Positions 27,001-41,159 of a stretch of 64,000 bases of DNA are shown here, in pieces. The DNA comes from Lama guanicoe. Lineage: Eukaryota. The position numbers and the translations under genes were made by a program. Positions within the stretch are counted from its first letter, which is position 1. Each line of letters starts with the position of its first letter. The notes beneath the pieces were generated by a model. The model had not been told where the DNA came from and searched no databases. It saw nothing but the letters and a program-made list of their open reading frames with translations. The stretch is from assembly GCA_013239625.1 (NCBI GenBank), contig MU054187.1, positions 5,529,757-5,593,756 on the forward strand, given 5' to 3'.

Positions 27001-27768
27001 TTTCCTGATTATTACAGTTATCTTTAAAATTGTTTAGGAAATAGAAAGTGTTAAGTTTGGTGGCATTTACAAAGAACCATTTCCTATAGCAAATGTGAAA
27101 ATAATGGAAAACTCTAATGAGCATTATTCTTGAAACAAAGACTCATTTGCTGATGAAAGTGCAGCCCTATCTCTTGCCTTTGGGTTGTCAAAGTTTGGGG
27201 GTAATAATACGTTTCCAGTACGAACTCAGGAAATGCTCAATAAAATGTATCCATTCTCATGGGCAGATGGATGCGAAATTCAACTCCAATGTAAACCACA
27301 TGCTCACAGAAACTTACGTTGCAGGAGGTGAATGCTTAAAAAAAAATATTTGGCACATGTTCTGGATTCAGCTACAACAGAGATGGAATTCCTTTTGCAA
27401 GTTCCAGATGTGATGACCCTAATCAGACAATTTTATAATAGCTACTTAAATAAGATTATGTCCAAGCTCTATAATGAGTTTTTGTAAAGTGACAGGAATT
27501 TTCTCTCAGATATTATTCACAAAGTTAGCCAAGTGGTTCTAACTTTGTGCAAAATTTGTTTCTAAATTGCCAAAGTGAATAATCTCCAGCATCCATGTAC
27601 ACTTTGCATTCAAGCAAAACTTGAGAAGGAGGAAGATGATTCACTCAGAGCACTGTTCATAGAGGGTCTTCCAGAATATTCTGCTGAAGCACAGTTTTTA
27701 CTGTGGGTTTCTGTTGATGTCTTATGGGGCCAAAGAACCACAGAAAAAGGGGGTGATGAGTCAGGTGT

Positions 27769-28158
27769 TGTTATGGACTGAACTGTATCCCCCCAAAATT
27801 CACACATTGAAACCTTAACCTCTACAATCTCAGAATGTGACTGTCTTGGAGACACAGCTTCTAGGGTAAAATTAAGCTAAAATGAGGCTGTTGGCCTCTG
27901 ACTGGTGTCACAAGGAGAGGAAATGTGGACACACAGGGAGACACCAGGCAAGTGCACACACAGAAGGGAGACCGTGTGAGGACACGGCGAGAAGGCGGAC
28001 ATCTGCAAGCCCAAGAAACAGGCCTCAGGAGACGTCAGCCCTGATGGCACCTTGATCTTGGACTTCCAGACTCCAGAACTATGGGAAAAATAAGCACCTT
28101 TCATTTAAGCCACTAAATCTGCGGTATTTTGTTATGGCAGCCCAAGCCAACTAATGCA
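27769..28158 (+). mobile_element. MLT1B-like MaLR solo LTR (near complete)
   Basis: Starts 'tgttatggactgaactgtatccccccaaaattca' and ends 'ttgttatggcagcccaagccaactaatgca'. Internal 'ggcaccttgatcttggacttccagactccagaact'. Confidence 0.9.
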
Positions 28159-28999
28159 TATGTAGTTAGCAGTTAGGGCACACAGAAATAACCTTATTTA
28201 TGTGTCTATCTATTTTCACAACTCTGACTCTGCAGAAAGTGTGCATGCAGATTCAGGATTACTGAACAAGGAGCATGAATTTCATGAAAGAAAGTCATTG
28301 ACTGTATCAACTGAAGTTGCTGGTTTTCTTAAGATCATTGCTGGTCAGATTCTCAAAGTCGGAAACAGATGGTAAATTTTGGTGATGCTTCACACAGTGA
28401 ATTCCTATTAGAATGGGGGGATTTGCACTCCCTAAGGCTGGGGGAATAGATCTGCAATAACCCTGGAGGAGTGAAGAATGGTAGGAAAAATGAAGTTTTG
28501 GAACACTCTAATAGGTGCAAGGTTATTGACTTTTCACATTTCTGATGCAGAAGACATATGAAAAGCATAAGAACAAAAAAAAAAGCATATTTTAAGATAG
28601 GTATATTATGACTAATATCTCAGTTACACATGCTTGAAAATAATTATTGCAACAATACAAAGTAGATTTACAAAAAGATCAGAGGAAATTGTCCTTATGT
28701 TATGGCTGGTTTCTAAGAAGCAAATAGTCTATTTGATAAAATATATAGGAGAAAGAGATGATAAATATATATACATGAACATGTGTACACTTATTTACCA
28801 ATGCTTTTTATACTAAGGATAAGTGAGTGCTTCTTAATTTTATTTAGACTAACAGTTTTCAAATACATTGTGCAAACGGATCTCACTGATTGAAAATATT
28901 GTAATATTCAATTTTCCATACTATGCCATCTTGTCAATGAGTAAATAACAGGAAGAGATAATTGAAAGATACATTTTCAACGTTTTAATAATTTGTTAT

Positions 29000-30320
29000 C
29001 AAACTCCATTGCAGCATAACTCACTTAAAAGCTGAATCCATTTTAAGAGATAAGTGTGATGAGTCTGACAAGTGCAACCATCATCACAGTAAGATTATAG
29101 AATGATTCCTTTGTGCTCCTTCTCAGTCAGGCCTGCCCACCTCTGGTCTTAATCAACCCTTGATGTGCTTTTCAGTCTACACATTAGATTTGTCATTTCT
29201 AGATTTTCATATAAAGAGAATCATTCGATGTGTCCTTTTGTGTCTGACTTGTCCTCTTTGCGCACTATTTTTGAGATCCATTCTTATTGTTAAAGTATCG
29301 GTGGTTTGTTCCGTTTATTGCTGAGTAACATCCTGTGGTGTGGCTGTTACCACAGTTTGTTTATCCATTCGCCAGCTTGTGGACACGGGCTGTTTACAGT
29401 TTTGGGCAATTATGAATAAAGCTACTACAAAAACTCAGGTGCACGTTTTTAAGCAGACATATATTTTCCTTTCTCTTCAGTAAGTATCTAAAAGTGGAAA
29501 GGCTAGATCATATGAAGTGTATGGTTAACGTTAAAGGAACTGCCAAATGATTTCCCAAAGTGAGGGCATCATTTTACATCTTCATCAGGAATGTATAAAA
29601 GTTCCAAAAGTCAACATTTATTGCTAACGTTTTTAATTTCAGCCATTCTAGTTTGCAAGTAGTGGAACTCACTTTGCTTTGGATTTGCATTTCTCTGGTG
29701 GCTGGCGACACTAAGAAATTTTTCATGTGCTTATTGTCCATCTGTGGTTCATCTTTTCTGAAGCAACGGTTCAAATCTTTTGCTGTATTTTTTAGGTTGA
29801 TCCTCTTCTTACTATTGAGTTGTGTAAGTTAAGGCTATAAGTCTTTGGTCAAAGGCAGGTATTGCACACATTTTCTCCCATTCTGTGGCTTCCCTTTTTG
29901 TTTTCTTAATGAAATCTTTCAATGACTGAAAGTTTTTGATGAAGTCAAATTTATGATTTTTTTCTTTAATGGTTAATGCTTTTATGTCTTAAAATGTCAT
30001 TGCCTATCTCAAGGCTGAGAAGATTTTTCTTATATTTTATTTTAGAAATGTTATCATTTTAACTGTTAACATTTAGACCTATGATTCATTTTGTTAATTT
30101 ACACATTATGTCATAAGAGACAAGGTTCTTTTTTCCTTATCCCAGTATCACTTGTTAAAAGTGTATCCTTTATCTATTGAATGTATTGGCATTCTTGGTC
30201 ATAAGTCAATGTACGTTATAAGTGTGATATATTTCTGGAGTCCCTAGGTGCTACCATGTATCTATATGTCTGTCCCTGTGCCAATGTTACACTGTCAAAA
30301 TCACTGTCTCTTTATAATAA
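29000..30320 (-). mobile_element. Old L1 3' UTR and ORF2 C-terminal fragment
   Basis: Antisense L1 tracts 'gtttgtttatccattcgccag' and 'gatttgcatttctctggtg'. ORF 29574-29774 is L1 ORF2-like. Confidence 0.8.
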
Positions 30321-30704
30321 AGAAAGATACATTTAACTCCTCTACTCCCTCAATGATCTGAAACAGACTTCGTAGGAATTATCTAGCCATGGAGGAACAG
30401 ATTTGAAAACATTATCTTCAAATTAATGAGACAACTCTAATTTTCTTCAAATTACCTGTAAATAGAAAAATAAACATCCAAATTCATAAGACAGAGCTTC
30501 AGAAACCGTGATTGTTGGGAGAGTCAAGTGGAAATTGTGTAGAAAAGAAGAAATGACAGCATGAAGCCTAGAGATGATACAATATAGAGAAAATCATTCC
30601 AAATAGGAGAGGACTGTCACTAATGGGAAACACTTGAAATGTGTCTGAGTCATGCTATGATGGCAGTGACTACTGGGAATTCAAAATGAAGAAAAATTAA
30701 AACA

Positions 30705-31122
30705 AAATTACAGGAACAGAAAATAGAGGCCAGTATTCCAGATGAATATGGAAGCAAAAATCCTCAACAAACTATTAGTAAACTTAATTCAACAACACAT
30801 TGAAAGGATCACACGCCATGATCAAGTAGAAATTATGCCAGGGATGCAAGGCTGGCTCAACATCCACAAATAAATCAGTGTGATACATCATGTCAACAAA
30901 ATTAAGGATAAAAATTATATGATCACCTAAATAGATGCAGAAAAGGTGTTTGACAGAATTTAACATCTTTTCATGATAAAAACTCTCAACCAAGTGGGTG
31001 TAGAGGGAAAATGCCTCATGACAATGAAGACCACGTATGACAAACCCACAGCTAACACCATATTCAACCATGAAAAGCTGAAAGCATTTCTCCTAAGATC
31101 AGGAGCAAGACAAGGATGACCA
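30705..31122 (+). mobile_element. L1 ORF2 reverse-transcriptase fragment
   Basis: 'gcaaaaatcctcaacaaa', 'catgatcaagtagaaattatgccagggatgcaaggctgg', 'gatgcagaaaaggtgtttgacag' and 'tcaggagcaagacaagga' correspond to L1 RT motifs (KILNK, HDQ, DAEK, RQG). Confidence 0.92.
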
Positions 31123-31129
31123 GCTAGAA

Positions 31130-31800
31130 CAGGGGCCAGCAGACTTTCCTAAAAGGAGCCAGAGTAAATGTTTTGCTTTTGTGGCTTGAGAGGTGAAATT
31201 GAGTATTTTTATAGGTGCTTACATAACAAGAGAGAAAATTAATTTCCACAAAAATTTTACTGATGAAATTCAAAGTATACTAGCTAGAATTCTTGTAATA
31301 TAAGTGGCACACAGATTGAATATAAGTTCTCTAGCTAGAAAAATGTAATTCTTTTCCCAGGAGATAACATTTTACTTAATTAGTGTTAGGGACCCCTATC
31401 ATAAAAATCTATTGGAAATGTTCAAATATTTTCCAGAAATTACCTGCTGGTGAATAATACAACAAGTACCACGAATTTTCAATGCCTTGTAAATTTTCCA
31501 ACTAAAATCTTTTACTACTTTACATATTTTTATGATCATCAGATGTAATGCATTTTCTCAGATTCTGCTTCAGGTTGTATTAAATTAGAGTTTTCTCTAA
31601 TATTTGAGATATTTGGCAATATCTTTGAAAATAGTTTTGCCTGTAGTTGTTCCATGCAGACGGTTCAAAGAGGCTAATTCTGCAGTCACCTCAAACTTGA
31701 CATTCACTTCTCAAGTAAACAACAGCAGTTGAGACTTATCTGTAACGTCTCTGAACTCATCAAGAGTGAAGAAATGTCATTCAAAATAATTTGCTGTATT
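31130..31800 (-). mobile_element. hAT-Charlie (Cheshire/MER58-like) transposon: terminal region and central transposase remnant
   Basis: MER58-like terminus 'caggggccagcagactttcc...agagtaaatgttttg'. Minus translation gives TLDEFRDVTDKSQLLLFT*EVNVKFEVTAELASLNRLHGTTTGKTIF and CCIIHQQ (hAT catalytic-D and CxxH motifs). Confidence 0.85.
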
Positions 31801-34800
31801 TCTTTTACTTACATTTGAAAATGATTGTAAATTCACAGGAAGTTTCAAAGATAGCACAGTGAGGTCCCGTCTACTTTTCACCTAATTTCCCCAAATAGTT
31901 ACATCTCATATAGTTAGACTACATATTAATACCAAGAAAGTGATATTGGTACAATATCTGTGTATAATTTTTGTCAACTTATTACATGAGTAAATTCATG
32001 CAACCACGACCACACAATCAAGATACAAAGCTATTACATCACCACAAAGATCTCCCACATGCTGTCTCTTATCAGTCACACCTCCACCATCTCTGACTCC
32101 TGACAACAGTTGGTGTCTTTTCCATCTTATCATTTTACTTTTAAAAATGTTTTGTAAACACAGCATGGGATCTGTTGAGATTGAAATTGTTTTTTCCCAA
32201 CTGCATAATATCCCTGTGATACATACAAGTTATTAAGCATGTCAATGATTTCTTCATTTTTACTGCTGAAAATTTATGCTATGCAGTTGGTCCTCCATAT
32301 CTGCAGGTTTCACATCCAGGGAGTCAACCAACTGTGGATCAAAAATTATTTAAAACAAATAAAAAAAAATTCCAGAAATTTCCAAAAAGCAAAAGTTGAA
32401 TTTGCCGCACACCGACAACTATACACGTAGCATTTACATTGCATTAGGTGTAAGATCTAGAGATGATTTAACAATATACAGGAGGATGAGCATAGGTTAT
32501 AGGTAAACTACATCGTTTTACATATGGGACTTGACCATTAGTGGATTTTGGCATCCTCAGTGGTCCTGGGACATGAGACGACCGTATCACACTTTATGTG
32601 TTCAGCTATTGAGACGCATTTGGCTGTTTCCAGGTTTTGGCTATTACAGGCAAAGCTGCTATGAACAACTGTGTATAGGTTTTCATGTGAACTTAAATTT
32701 TTATTTCTCTGTGTTAAATGCTCAGGAGTTCATCTGTTGACTCATAGGATGAGTGTATGTTTAATTTTTTAAGAAAATGCCAAAATATTTTCCAGAGTGG
32801 GTGTTACACCATTTTAATACCCTCTAGCAATTTATGAGAGATTGAGTCTCTCCACATGGTTGCCAGCATTTGATGTCACTATTTTTAGGTTTAGCTGTTC
32901 TAATAGGAGGATAATGATTTCTCACTGTGATCTTCACTTGCATTTCCTTAATGGGTTGTGATGAACATCTTTTCATGCACTTGTTTTATACCCTTTTCAA
33001 TGAAATATATCTTCCTATTCTTTACCTGTGTTCTAATTGGATTGTTTGGTGCTTGCTGTTGAGTTTTGAACACTCTTTTAGGTACGTGGTGTTCAAATAT
33101 ATTCTTCCAGCCTGTAATTTGTCTTTTCATTATCTTCAGAGAGTCTTTCATAGAGCAAAAGTTTTTAATTTTAATGAAGTCTAATTTATCAATTTTATTC
33201 TTTTATGGATCATGTTTTTGGCCTCACATCTAAGAATTCTTCACCAAACCCTAGATCTCAAATATTTTCTCCTATGTTGTCAGCAAAAATTTTCCTAATT
33301 TTGCATTTAAATCTGTGATGCTTTCTGACCTAATTTTCATAGAAGATGTGAGATTTATGTCAAGATTCAATTTTTGTTATGAATCTCTAATTGCTTAACA
33401 CAATTTTTTGAAAAGACTATTCATTCTCCATCAAATTGCTTTTATGTGTTTGTCAAAAATCTGTTGGCCACATTCATATGGAACAATTTCTGGGTATTTA
33501 GTCTGTTTGATTAATAAGCTTGTGTGTACACATACGTATGTGCGTGTACAGTGTGGCTATGCATTCAGTTTCATTACTAATTATTGGGCTGGTCATTGGA
33601 TAAGTTGTAGTAATTTATACTTGCAAGGAATTAGTTTCACCTAAACTGTCAAGTTTGCGTGAGTAGGGTTGCTCAGAATATTCTCATTATCCTTTCAATG
33701 TACAGACTTTACAATGCGATCCTTTGTTTGAAACTGATAATAGTCATTTCTTTCCTGTCTTTTTTTATTTGTCAGTCTTGCTAGAGTTTTGTCTATTTTA
33801 TTGATCGTTTCAAATAAAAGCTTTTGTTTCATTGACTTTTTCTATTGTGTGTCTGTTTTCAATTCTATTGATTTTTGCTCTTTTTTTTCCCTTGACTATT
33901 GGTTTATTTTGCTCTACATTTTCTAGGTTCTTGAAGTGGGAGCGCAGGTGATTGATCTGGGACTTTTCCTCCTTTCTTTGTAAGCATTTAGGGGTATAAG
34001 TTTTCATCTAAGCTCTGCTTTAGCAGTGTCCCACAATTTCTTAATTAAGTTTCATTTTCATTTTTACTAAATTCAATGTATTTGTTATGTGTCTCAAGAC
34101 GTCCTCCTTGACCAGTAGATTATTTAGAAGTGTGCTGTTTTAGTTTCCAAAGATTTGGAGAGTCTCCTGATCTCTTTCTGTTCTTGATTTCTAGCTTTAT
34201 TCCATTGTGGTTAGAGAGCACACTCTGTGTGATTTCAGTTCTTTTAAATTTGTCAAGATTTGTCTTATGCCCCAGGATAATATTTATCTTGGCATATGTT
34301 CCATGGATGCATGAAAATAATATATATTCTGCTGTTGTTGGGCAGAGTGTTTTACAAATGTTGATTAGATCCTTTTGGTTGATGGTCTTGCTGAGTTCTG
34401 TCCTGGATGGCTTTCTGTCTCATTTATCTGTTGCTGAGATGGGGTATTGAAGTCTCCAGCTGTAATTGTGTATCTGTCTTTCTCCTTTCAGTTCTATTGG
34501 CTTTTGCCTTGCATATTTTGTAGCTTGGCTTTTGGTGCATACAAACTTAGGGTTCCTGTGTCTTCCTGGTGGATTGCCTCTCTGTCTCCAGTAATTTGCT
34601 TTGAAGTCCACTTAACCTACATTAATGTAGCTATGCCTGCTCTCTTTTGCTTAGTGTGTGCATAGTATATCTCATTCCATCCTTTCACTTTCAACCTACC
34701 CATATCATTATTTGAAGCAAGCTTCCTGTAGACAGCCAATAGTTAGGCCATGCTTTCTTCTGGGTTTTGTGGTGGTGGTTGTTTTTTAAATCTACTGTGC

Positions 34801-37010
34801 CAATCTCTATTTTTAAATTCAAGGTATTCAGAAATTTTACACTTTATATAATTAGTGATACGTTGAGAATTAATTATGCCAGTTTTTGTTGTTTTCTATT
34901 TGTTCCCTCCGTTTTTCATTTGTTTCTTTTCTCTACCTCCCTGTCAGTTACTCAAACTTTTTTTTGAAATTCCATTTTGATTTATCTATGTTTTTGTGTA
35001 TCTATTTCTGTAACTTTCTTGGTAGTCACTCTACACATTATGAAATATTATATAAGCATAATTTGCACAGCCTTCTAGTGTCAGTGCTGTATCAGTTTGA
35101 GTAAAGTAGAGAAACCTTTCTTTCCTTTATGTCCTTTTATCCTTCTCCATGTATAATATAATTGTCTTTAATTTTTCTTTTGGGTAAACAAGGGACCACA
35201 TTATACAGAGTTACAGTTTTGTTTCAAACATCAAATATAATGATAAAAATGCAAGAGAAGAAGGAAATTCTATTATGCTTACTCACATTTTTGTCTAATC
35301 TTCTTTCTTCCTTCCTGATGGTGTTCTTTATCATTCAACATGTTTCTGTTTAGAAGACTTCTTTTAGTCATTCGTTTACAATAGGTCTGCAGACAATGTT
35401 TTCCTTTCTTAATGTATTCTTCATTTCTGAAAATATTTTCTCTGGATATAGAATTCTGGGTTGACTTACTTCAGCACTTGAAAACTGCTGTGCTATTTCT
35501 TTCTGGCCTCCATGGTTTCTGATAAGAAATCTGCTGTCATTCAAATTGTTTGCTGAGTCTCTCTCTGGCTGCCTTCAAGATTTTTTCTTTGCCTTTAATT
35601 TTCAGAAGTTTAACTGTGATGTGTCTTTGGGTTTATCCTTTTTGGGGTCACTCAGCTTCTTGGTTCTGTAAGTTTATGTCTTCTGCCAAATTTGGAGAAA
35701 TTTAATCCATTAATTCTTTAAATCCTTCCTCCTCTCCTTCTGGGACACTGATGACATAAATGTTACATCTCTGTTTATAGTCCCACAGGTCTCTGAGGCT
35801 CTGTTCACTTGTAATTTCAGTCTATTTTCTCTCTCTTGTTCAGGGTGGGTAACTTCTGTAGTTTGGTTATCAAGTACACTTATCGAGACTATCTGTTGTG
35901 TTTACTTTTTTGGCTACTGTGCTTTTCAGTTCTAGAATTTGTATTTGGTTCTTCTTTGTATCTTCTATTTCTTCACTGACAATGTCCTTTTTTTTAATTT
36001 GTTTTGAGTGTGTTCATAGTTACTTGTGGAAGCATTTTTAATGAAAGCTGCTGTAGAATCCTTGTTCAATAATTCTAACATCTGTGTCACCTCACTGTTG
36101 ACATCTAATGATGCCTTTCTTCATTTAGATTTAGATTTTCCAGGTTATTCATATAACAGGTGATTTTCTATTGAAATCTGGACATACTTCACATGCTGTG
36201 AGACTCCGGTCCTACATAAGCCTGGTGTGTCAGCAGGCTGCCCCTGACACAGCTCCAGCTGGGGAGCAGCGCCACCGTGTTACCGCCAAGTGGGATTAGA
36301 CGCCCAGATTCTCCAGTAGGCCTCTGTCGACAGGAAGGGCGGGGCTTCCTGTTCGTGTTAATGCCAGGTCCCCACCGACACTGTGAGGAGGATTGGCCAC
36401 AGTGTCTCTGAGAGGTGGTGGAAGACCTGACACTCCTAGAGGCCTTCTCTGACACCATTCTCCTAGGTGTGGGTGGATTTTAAGCTCCACATGTCATTTC
36501 CTCCAACACCACGGGGACCTCATTACCACCCAGGATGGCTGAAGATCCTGTTACCCCACGCAGCCTCTGGCACAACTGTGGCAGGGGGTGTGGGTACCTT
36601 GTTACATATCTAGACTCTCCTCTTCAGTTTGATGGTGGGGGGAGAGTTGGCCACAGTTTTTTCTGTGGTGCTTGGTTGGAGTAGAAGTTATTAACTGAAG
36701 TTTTCTGTCTTGCTAGATAGCCCTTTCCGTGGCCTTGTGGCTAAAGAGAGCAGGTTTTTCTTGGGGCCTTTTGCCTGCTCCCTTTGGCATTATTGGGATG
36801 CTGGCTCCTCCAGTCCTCATGTGGGATAGATGAATCAGAAAAAAAAGTCAGACAACTCAGCACTGCATCATTCCTTGGGTCCTAATCTCCCTTCCTAGTC
36901 TGCCTTCTTCTATCCACTTTTCAGAATTTTCTTAAGGTTTTCAATATATACTATCCAGGGATTTTAGATGCACTTAGTGGGGGAAATATGGAAAGTGTGT
37001 TTACTCCATC
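31800..37010 (-). mobile_element. Old L1 spanning 5' end to 3' UTR, with most of ORF2 deleted, inserted in the hAT element
   Basis: 3' UTR and ORF2 C-terminus at 31.8-33.5 kb, EN/linker at 33.6-34.8 kb, ORF1 and 5' UTR at 35.3-37.0 kb. Ends in 'tttactccatct' (agatggagta on the minus strand, an L1M-type 5' start). Confidence 0.85.
32284..32585. mobile_element. TcMar-Tigger MITE (MER2/Tigger3-like) inserted in the L1
   Basis: 'cagttggtcctccatatctgcaggtttcacatcc...tcaaccaactgtggatcaaaaa' and 'gagatgatttaacaatatacaggaggatg...ataggttata'. Ends 'gacgaccg' followed by TA. Confidence 0.85.
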
Positions 37011-37550
37011 TGCTGCTCTCAGTGTCCTTAACTCTGCCAGCAACTGTTCTCACTAAAAGGCTAATAGTCTTAATCAAGTTTATTTTCTCTGGACACATTT
37101 CTTCATCTGCTGTAATCAGACACAATTAAATTAACTCAACATTGGTAAATGGTTTTCCTCGCTTGGTTAACAAATGAACTACTCAGACATTTGCTTTGAT
37201 TTCAGCCTTGTTTCAATATTTTTAATTTTTTGAGGAAAGTTGGTTTCAATGAGAGATTTCATTGTAAATGTCAAATTTTTCTGAAAGTTACCTTTCTGTG
37301 AATGGGATTATTGTAATGAATGCTAACCTAACAATATTGCTGTACACAGCATTATTTCACCATAGCTATGGTGTTCCTGCATGAAAACACAATGCTTTGT
37401 CATCTAATTTGACAACAAAATAACTCGCCCGTCACTCTTCCTTAAAAGCACAACATTCAAAGCTGACTTTTCTCTTCTTTCCTCATTTTGACATGTTGGA
37501 TAGGCACTGGTAATTAAAAAAATAAATAATCAGATGCTATGGCACACAAA
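37011..37550 (-). mobile_element. hAT-Charlie transposase N-terminal remnant (continuation of 31130-31800)
   Basis: From the ATG at 37494 (minus): MSK*GKKRKVSFECCAFKEE*RASYFVVKLDDKALCF. Near the junction: SLLVRTVAGRVKD. Both are typical of Charlie/SPIN-like transposase N-termini. Confidence 0.85.
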
Positions 37551-38802
37551 ATTACACACTGGATATGAAATTTATAAACAACCAAATGTAATCTCCAGGG
37601 ATATAAGTAGACGTTTCCTCTAGGAGATCAGAGTGTATTTAGGTTAAGTGAACAAGGTAATTTGGTAAACATATGTTGGAGTCTCTTCATCCATCTCCTC
37701 CACAAAAAAGCCAAGTTATCTCTAAGGAATATTTCCAATAAGCTCAAGAATGTAACTATCTACCATCTCAAGTGGTTAAAGTTTTTTTCATTTTTGGCTT
37801 TTACCTATTTCCTAGTGCACTTGTGCCATAGCTCGTGACTTGGGCACAGATCACATTTTCAGTGACGCCATATTTCACCAGCACGTCATACACAAATAAG
37901 TGGAAATCAGTTATTCTGAGAGCAACTGACAGCACAGTGGTAAGAAAACCTGGTTAAGAAAGCAGTTCTGGTCTAAAAATTCTAGATGATACATGGTGAA
38001 GAGAGCCCTGAAATGGGGCCTTTGGGTGATTAGGATGGAGCTGACAAAAAAAAAGCAGACCAACAGTCCAGTCCTGGCCCAGGGAGAAGGCCTGTGCAAT
38101 TTTGATAATTAAAGGAGGTTTTCCAAGTATTAATTTGCAAAATTAATACCATGAGGAATAATGAATCATTCCTTATGGTGTTTCATAAATAACACTAGTT
38201 TTCCATTAAACCTGTAGAGCTAATTATTTTTATCCTAGCACACTGATGTGGATGGAATCCTTCCAGAGTAATGTTTCAAACCTAAAATATACACTGCTTC
38301 ATAATTTACCAATTATACCTATCATGTTTCATTAGTCTATTTTATGGCTTTGGGCAGAAAAATCATAGACTGCTGACTCAGCTTCACATTGAAGAAAGGA
38401 TTTCAGGGTCCAGTAGTCATTCTATTCTATGCAAATGAAATTAAAATGGAATTCAGATACCGTGTGTCTAATGCTTATTTCCATAATGTCAACCAATATG
38501 AATCATTTTATAATCTCATTAATATGGTCCAGTGTACCCCAGGAGAAGACAAAAAGCAAAAAAAGTAGAAACATATTTTTGTTTGATATGAATACTTTTT
38601 GTTTATATAAGACAGCAGCTTTGTGATAAGAGGTGAATTACATCACACTAGTTTTGAGTTAAATCACTGTTTTCAGACTACTAAGATATCACTTGAAATA
38701 ACTGAATTCAAGCCAACAAATGAGACATAATGATCATAGTTCACAGGATGCAGAACTTAATAATAGCAAATAATGTCCACTGACGGCTCATTATATGTTA
38801 GA

Positions 38803-39118
38803 CCAACACTAGCCAATAGAAATACAATGTCAACCACAAATACAAGCCACATGCATAATTTTATATTTTCTAACAGCCACCTTAAAAAAAAGAGAGAAAA
38901 AAGGAAACAGTTTTTAAAAAGTAAACCTAATACATCCAAAAATTATCATTTCCATATGTAATCAACATTAAAAATTATTATAAAATGTCTTATATTCTAT
39001 TTTTTGTGCTGAGTCTTCCATCTTCTAAATCCATTGTGCACTTACAGTTTATCTTTGTTTGGACTAGCCTCATTTCAAAAGCTCAGTGGCTGGGGCCCCT
39101 TCTATTGGAGAGCGCAGT
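38803..39118. mobile_element. MER33/MER3-like hAT MITE
   Basis: Ends 'cactagccaatagaaatacaatg' and 'ttctattggagagcgcag' are imperfect inverted termini. The internal sequence is MER33-like. Confidence 0.85.
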
Positions 39119-39134
39119 TAGACATTGGTTAATA

Positions 39135-39320
39135 AGTCCTTTACAGCTTTCACTTCATCTGGTCCTCACAACTGCCCTGAGAAATAGGCATCATTATTAG
39201 CCTGCATTATGGCTGAGAAAATGCGGATTGAGTAAGTTTACAAGATCCCACAGTCAGGACCATAAATCACAGAGCCAGGATATGATCTGAAGGATTTTTT
39301 GACTTCAAAAACCTTAGCAT
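39135..39320 (-). mobile_element. MIR SINE
   Basis: 'ggtcctcacaactgccctgagaaataggcatcattattagcc...caagatcccacag'. Confidence 0.7.
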
Positions 39321-39429
39321 GAGATTATCCCCACAGGACATGAGTGGGGGCTGTTGTGCCGAGCAAGCGCAGGCATACGTTACGTAGGGTTAGAGACGAG
39401 AGAAGCCAAGGAAGCAGTTACGTGAGTTC

Positions 39430-39875
39430 CTCCAAAAGATGTAACTATAACCCCCCATTTCTTAAGTGTGAGCCCTTAATAGTGACTTCCTTCCAAAAAG
39501 TAGAGTATAAAAAGCAAGAGGTGGGAAATAACTAGACAATGGGAAAACCTAGCAAACAGCTTAGCTCAGCCAGTGATCAAACCAAGGTCAACATCAGCAG
39601 CAACCAGGCATGTTGATAGTCAGGCACCTTCAAAAAGATGTGATGAAAAAGACATTCACCTCTGCGATCTGCCTCCCTCAAACTGAGAACCCAATCTGAA
39701 AATGAGGAAAACATCAGGTGAATCCCAGTTGATGATCATCCTACAAAATCCCTGACCAGGACTCCCCCAAATTTTCAAGGTCATCAAGAACAGGGACAGC
39801 CTGAGAAACTGTCACAGGCAGAAGGAGCCAAGGAGACACAGCAACTAAAAAGATTACGGTGTCCTGGAAAATAAC
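39430..39875 (+). mobile_element. L1MC-type 3' UTR fragment
   Basis: 'atagtgacttccttccaaaaagtagagtat' and 'caaggtcatcaagaacagggacagcctgagaaactgtcac', homologous to 3700-4100. Confidence 0.8.
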
Positions 39876-41159
39876 GTCAAACACCAGGTACTCAAGTACA
39901 AGAACGTAGGACTGAGCCAGCCACTGGAAACTGACAAAGCTGTCTCCTTAGCCATGCATGCCTACAGCAAACTGTCCCTATTGACAGGCCAAACGTCTGG
40001 ACTAAATGCTTTTTAGGAAATCACAGTTAAAATGAGAAATACCTAAAAGGTCCAAAGTCATCAAATCTGGGGAGAATTTGAAATTCAACTCTGACGTTCC
40101 AGTTGGCAGCTGCCATTTCTCCTTCCACTAAGACTGAGAGAAATAATGGAGCATTGTTTACTTTGTGTCTTTCTGTGTATACTGTGTCTTTTTTTTTTTT
40201 ATCATTGTTTTTGTCAAAAGTTATAGAGACAGAGATGGGTCTTCATTCCAGAATGTCTTAAATTGTTCCTAATGACTTCAGCTGTGAATGAATACAATAA
40301 AGACCAGCAATAATAAATAAACTATTATATTTCTGGGTGCAAAAGTGGTTCCAGCTGTTGGTCTAATTCTATCTATGTTAAAAAAAACTGCTTTCAGCAA
40401 ACTCATCCTAAATTGCTTGACTAGCTTGGACGATTGAGATTTCATTAGAAAGCTTACAACATGTAGTTCATAACAATCAGGTCAGAAGTATAACAAAGTA
40501 AATGGAAAGACAGATAATTTCTTGAAAGAATTTACATTGAACTGAAGGCAAAAGGGATATTTATCAAAATTCAATTTAATATTAACTCAAACTGGAAATT
40601 CAGAGTACTTAATTTGATTGGAAAAACTTACCCAAAGCAATTTATTTTCATTAAATATTTGTGGAATATGTGTATTACAAAATGGTTAATGTATTTTTTT
40701 TATTTACAGAAAAAACTTCACTCTTGCAGATTATAATATGTTGACAGCCTTCATTTAATTAATAATATCCTTAGATTTCTGAAGTCAGCTTGATCCTTTC
40801 ACATCAATTTGGCTAACTTTCATTAAATGTCTGTGTCTTACATCATGGCCTGGAAAAAAAAAATGAGAGATGAGAATTTTGTCAAATCTAGAAAATCAAA
40901 GAACTACTAGCATGAAGTTAGAATATTTTAGAGCTTCAGGGGAGTTAAAAGATGATATAATCCTTTCGGTTTATTTTACAGATGGGGAAGTTGAATAACA
41001 GAGAGGTGAACCAGACGGCACCCCTTGATAGAGACAATTATTAAAAGGCTGGTCTTCATACACATGTTCCATCAAACAATCATGTCCCATCGCTGTCCCA
41101 ACATGCTTCCTCTCAGTGAGTGTCTCTCCGCAGAAGCCTGGTTGCCCTGCTAAAACGAC

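Noticed and set aside
27575..27781. ORF with RRM RNP2-like 'RALFIEGLP'
   Set aside because: No RNP1 motif or splice signals, and it runs into an MLT1 LTR. Likely chance.
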